Notes under the pieces: generated by a model
The model's input: the letters and a program-made list of their open reading frames with translations, nothing else
Databases searched by the model: none
Told to the model about the DNA's origin: nothing
Source: Octopus vulgaris
Taxonomy: Eukaryota
NCBI GenBank assembly: GCA_951406725.2
Contig: OX597833.1
Coordinates: 19,468,001-19,532,000, forward strand
Length of the DNA stretch: 64,000 bases
Reading direction: 5' to 3'
Part shown: positions 61,517 to 64,000 of the stretch, one piece after another
Numbering within the stretch: position 1 is the first letter of the stretch
Layout of the letters: the number at the start of each line of letters is the position of its first letter
Translations under genes and position numbers: made by a program

Positions 61517-63765
61517 CTCTACTATCCAAAAGTTTAAGATCACCTACAAAAGTTTGTTTCAAAGTGGAATTTTTAGTTCAGTGTCATCAATTTAAATAAT
61601 TTCTTGGTATAAAAATATGGAATAACATATTGCATAAAGTTTGGAGTTTATTTGTTATGGAATAACACTATTTATAGACATAGAAGTGGCTGTGTGGTAA
61701 GTAGCTTGCTTACGAACCACATGGTTCTGGATACAGTCCCACTGCGTGGCACCTTGGGCAAGTGCCTTGTGAGTGGATTTGGTAGACGGAAACTGAAAGA
61801 AGCTCATCGTATATATGTATATGTGTGTATGTTTGTGCGTCTGCGTTTGTCCCACCAACATCGCTTGACAACCGATGCTGGTGTGTTTACGTCCCCGTAA
61901 CTTAGCAATTCGGCAAAATAAGTACTAGACTTACAAAGACCAATAAAATAAGTACTAGGCTTACAAAGAATAAGTCCTGGGGTTGATTTGCTCGACTAAA
62001 GGCGGTACTCCAGCATGGCCACAGTCAAATGACTGAAACAAGTAAAAGAGTAAAGAGTATACATATTTTATATACAAATAATCATATTTCTTGATGGCAA
62101 GCCTATCTCAGAATGTTGTCAAAATCATTTATGTGTTCACTTTTTGACAACATTGCAAAATATTTTGACTATTTACACTGCTTATGTGTTGTCGGTTGAG
62201 AGAACACCACTTAATGACTGCGTTAAATGTCTTATAGTGTGTTTCAGGTTCAATAATTAAAAATAAGTAAAATTAGGCGCAGGAGTGGCTGTGTGGTAAG
62301 TAGCTTGCTAACTAACCACGTGGTTCCGGGTTCAGTCCCACTGCGTGGCATCTTGGGCAAGTGTCTTCTACTATAGCCCCGGGCTGACCAATGCCTTGTG
62401 AGTGGATTTGGTAGACGGAAACTGAAAGAAGCCTGTCGTATATATGTATATATATATGTATGTGTGTGTGTTTGTGTGTCTCTGTTTGTCCCCCTAGCAT
62501 TGCTTGACAACCGATGCTGGTGTGTTTATGTCCCCGTCACTTAGTGGTTCGGCAAAAAGAGACCGATAGAATAAGTATTGGGCTTACAAAAAGAATAAGT
62601 TCCGGGGTCGAGTTGCTCGATTAAAGGCGGTGCTCCAGCATGGCCGCAGTCAATAGACTGAAACAAGTAAAAGAGTAAAGAGTAAAGAGTAGTGAAATTC
62701 CTAAAAATCAACCTAAACATGAGCAAAACTAGTCATTTATCACCTGCAAAGAGACAAAGCTTTGTCACATTATGAGGTGAAGGCTATAGTTTTCAAGATA
62801 TAATGAAAAATGTTAAAGTTTCCTATTCTGCCATCCACTCCACCATTGTAAGGTATAATGGAACAGGAAAAAATAATGACAGACCTCGATCAGGTCATCC
62901 AAAAGTTACTTCTAAATCATAGGATAAGTTCATCAGAGTCACCAGTTTTGGAAACAGACATCTGATAGCAAATGAAATCGCTGCACAAGTAAGAGAAGCC
63001 AGCAAAGCTAACACGTCTTCTACGACTCTAAGGAGAAGACTCATTGCTGCCGGTCTAAATGGCCATTGCACTGCCAGAAAAACACTGCTTTGAACCTGTG
63101 AATAAACATAAGCGTCTCATATGGGTTTGAAAACACCAAACCTGGACTATTGATCAATGGAAACAAGTCCTCTGGACTGATGAATCAAAGTTTAAAATCT
63201 TGAGGCCTTGGCATAAAGTTTATGTGAGGTGAAGAATTGGTGAATGGATGACTACTGAGTGTATAGTTCCAACTGTAAAGCATGGTGGCAGAAGTGTGAT
63301 GATCTGGGGTTGTTTTGCAGGCAATAGCGTTGAGGATATTCATTGGGTAACAGGAATATTGAACCAAAACAGGTATCACTATATCCTTCTAGTGTCATGC
63401 CATTCCTTCTGGGACATGGCTGATCAGTGATAATTTCATGCAGATGCAAAATAACGATCCTAAATATACTTCTAAGCTATGCAAAAGCTATTTACAGAAG
63501 AAAATAGGTGTAAAAAGTTGACTGTAATGTAATGGCCAGCCCCAGTCCCCTGATTGCAATCCCATCGAAATTGTGTGGAATGAATTGAATTGCAGAGCCA
63601 AAAAGCGACAACCAAGTAGCATAGAATCCCTCTGCACTTTCTTACAAGAGGAGCAGCAAAATATTACCAGCAAATATTTGCTTTCATTGGTCGAAAGAAT
63701 GCTTAGAGTATACTCCACAGTGATCAAGGCCAAGAACGGATATTTCAGTGAGTCTATGTTTAGAG
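61517..63765 (+). mobile_element. Decayed Tc1-family transposon interrupted by two SINEs
   Basis: TA plus TIR-like CTCTACTATCCAAAAGTTTAAGATCACC at 61517. Transposase pseudogene from ATG 62719 with RPRSGHPKVT, VLWTDESKF, PTVKHGGRSVMIWGCF, QSPDCNPIE.VWNEL and VIKAKNG; multiple stops. Confidence 0.92.
62276..62690 (+). mobile_element. Near full-length CORE-like SINE nested in Tc1
   Basis: Near-identical to 6931-7346. Confidence 0.88.
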
Positions 63766-63870
63766 TCTCTAACTGGTTTTTTGGGGGGGTTATTTATGGT
63801 GGCGAGTTGGCAGAATTGTTACTGCACTGAAGAAAAATGCTTGGCAGCATTTCTTCCGTTTTTATATTTA

Positions 63871-64000
63871 GTGGAGGCACATGGCCTAGTGGTTAGAGCA
63901 GCGAACTCACAGTCGAGGGATCGTGGGTTCGAATCTCAGACCAGGCGATGTGTGTGTGTTTATGAGCAAAACACCTAAGTTCCACGTGGCTCCAGCAGAA
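63871..64000 (+). mobile_element. Third tRNA-derived SINE family (head)
   Basis: A box TGGCCTAGTGGTTAGAGC and B box GGTTCGAATC. A reverse copy lies at ~8372-8638. Confidence 0.8.

Overview
AT-rich, repeat-dense animal genomic DNA. The SINE and microsatellite content looks like a coleoid cephalopod (Octopus-like); this is inferred, not proven. The only host protein-coding gene I can support is an intron-rich MFSD5/molybdate-anion-transporter-like MFS gene on the + strand. It has 8 coding exons from ATG 24740 to 53511, 947 nt (about 315 codons), with all splice phases consistent and the 3' exons apparently beyond the window. Almost all ORF-track entries are microsatellite or TE artefacts. The rest is tRNA-derived SINEs (CORE-like and Meta-like, the latter in tandem multimers), RTE and CR1/L2 LINE fragments, decayed Tc1, mariner and hAT-Charlie transposons, MITEs and non-autonomous Helitrons. 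The main signal is about 10 different short elements carrying minimal type I hammerhead ribozyme folds. They usually sit in (TA)n tracts and often form asymmetric inverted repeats, three of which have 12-bp target-site duplications. One family has a compensatory G3-C8 core swap, others carry U4C or A9C variants, and one is fused to a tRNA-like Pol III head. This resembles a diverse set of Penelope-associated, retrozyme-like non-autonomous retroelements. An isolated, highly structured RTE-type 5' UTR with a possible HDV-like ribozyme lies between splice signals at 15354-15800 (-). All folds were derived by eye and are untested.
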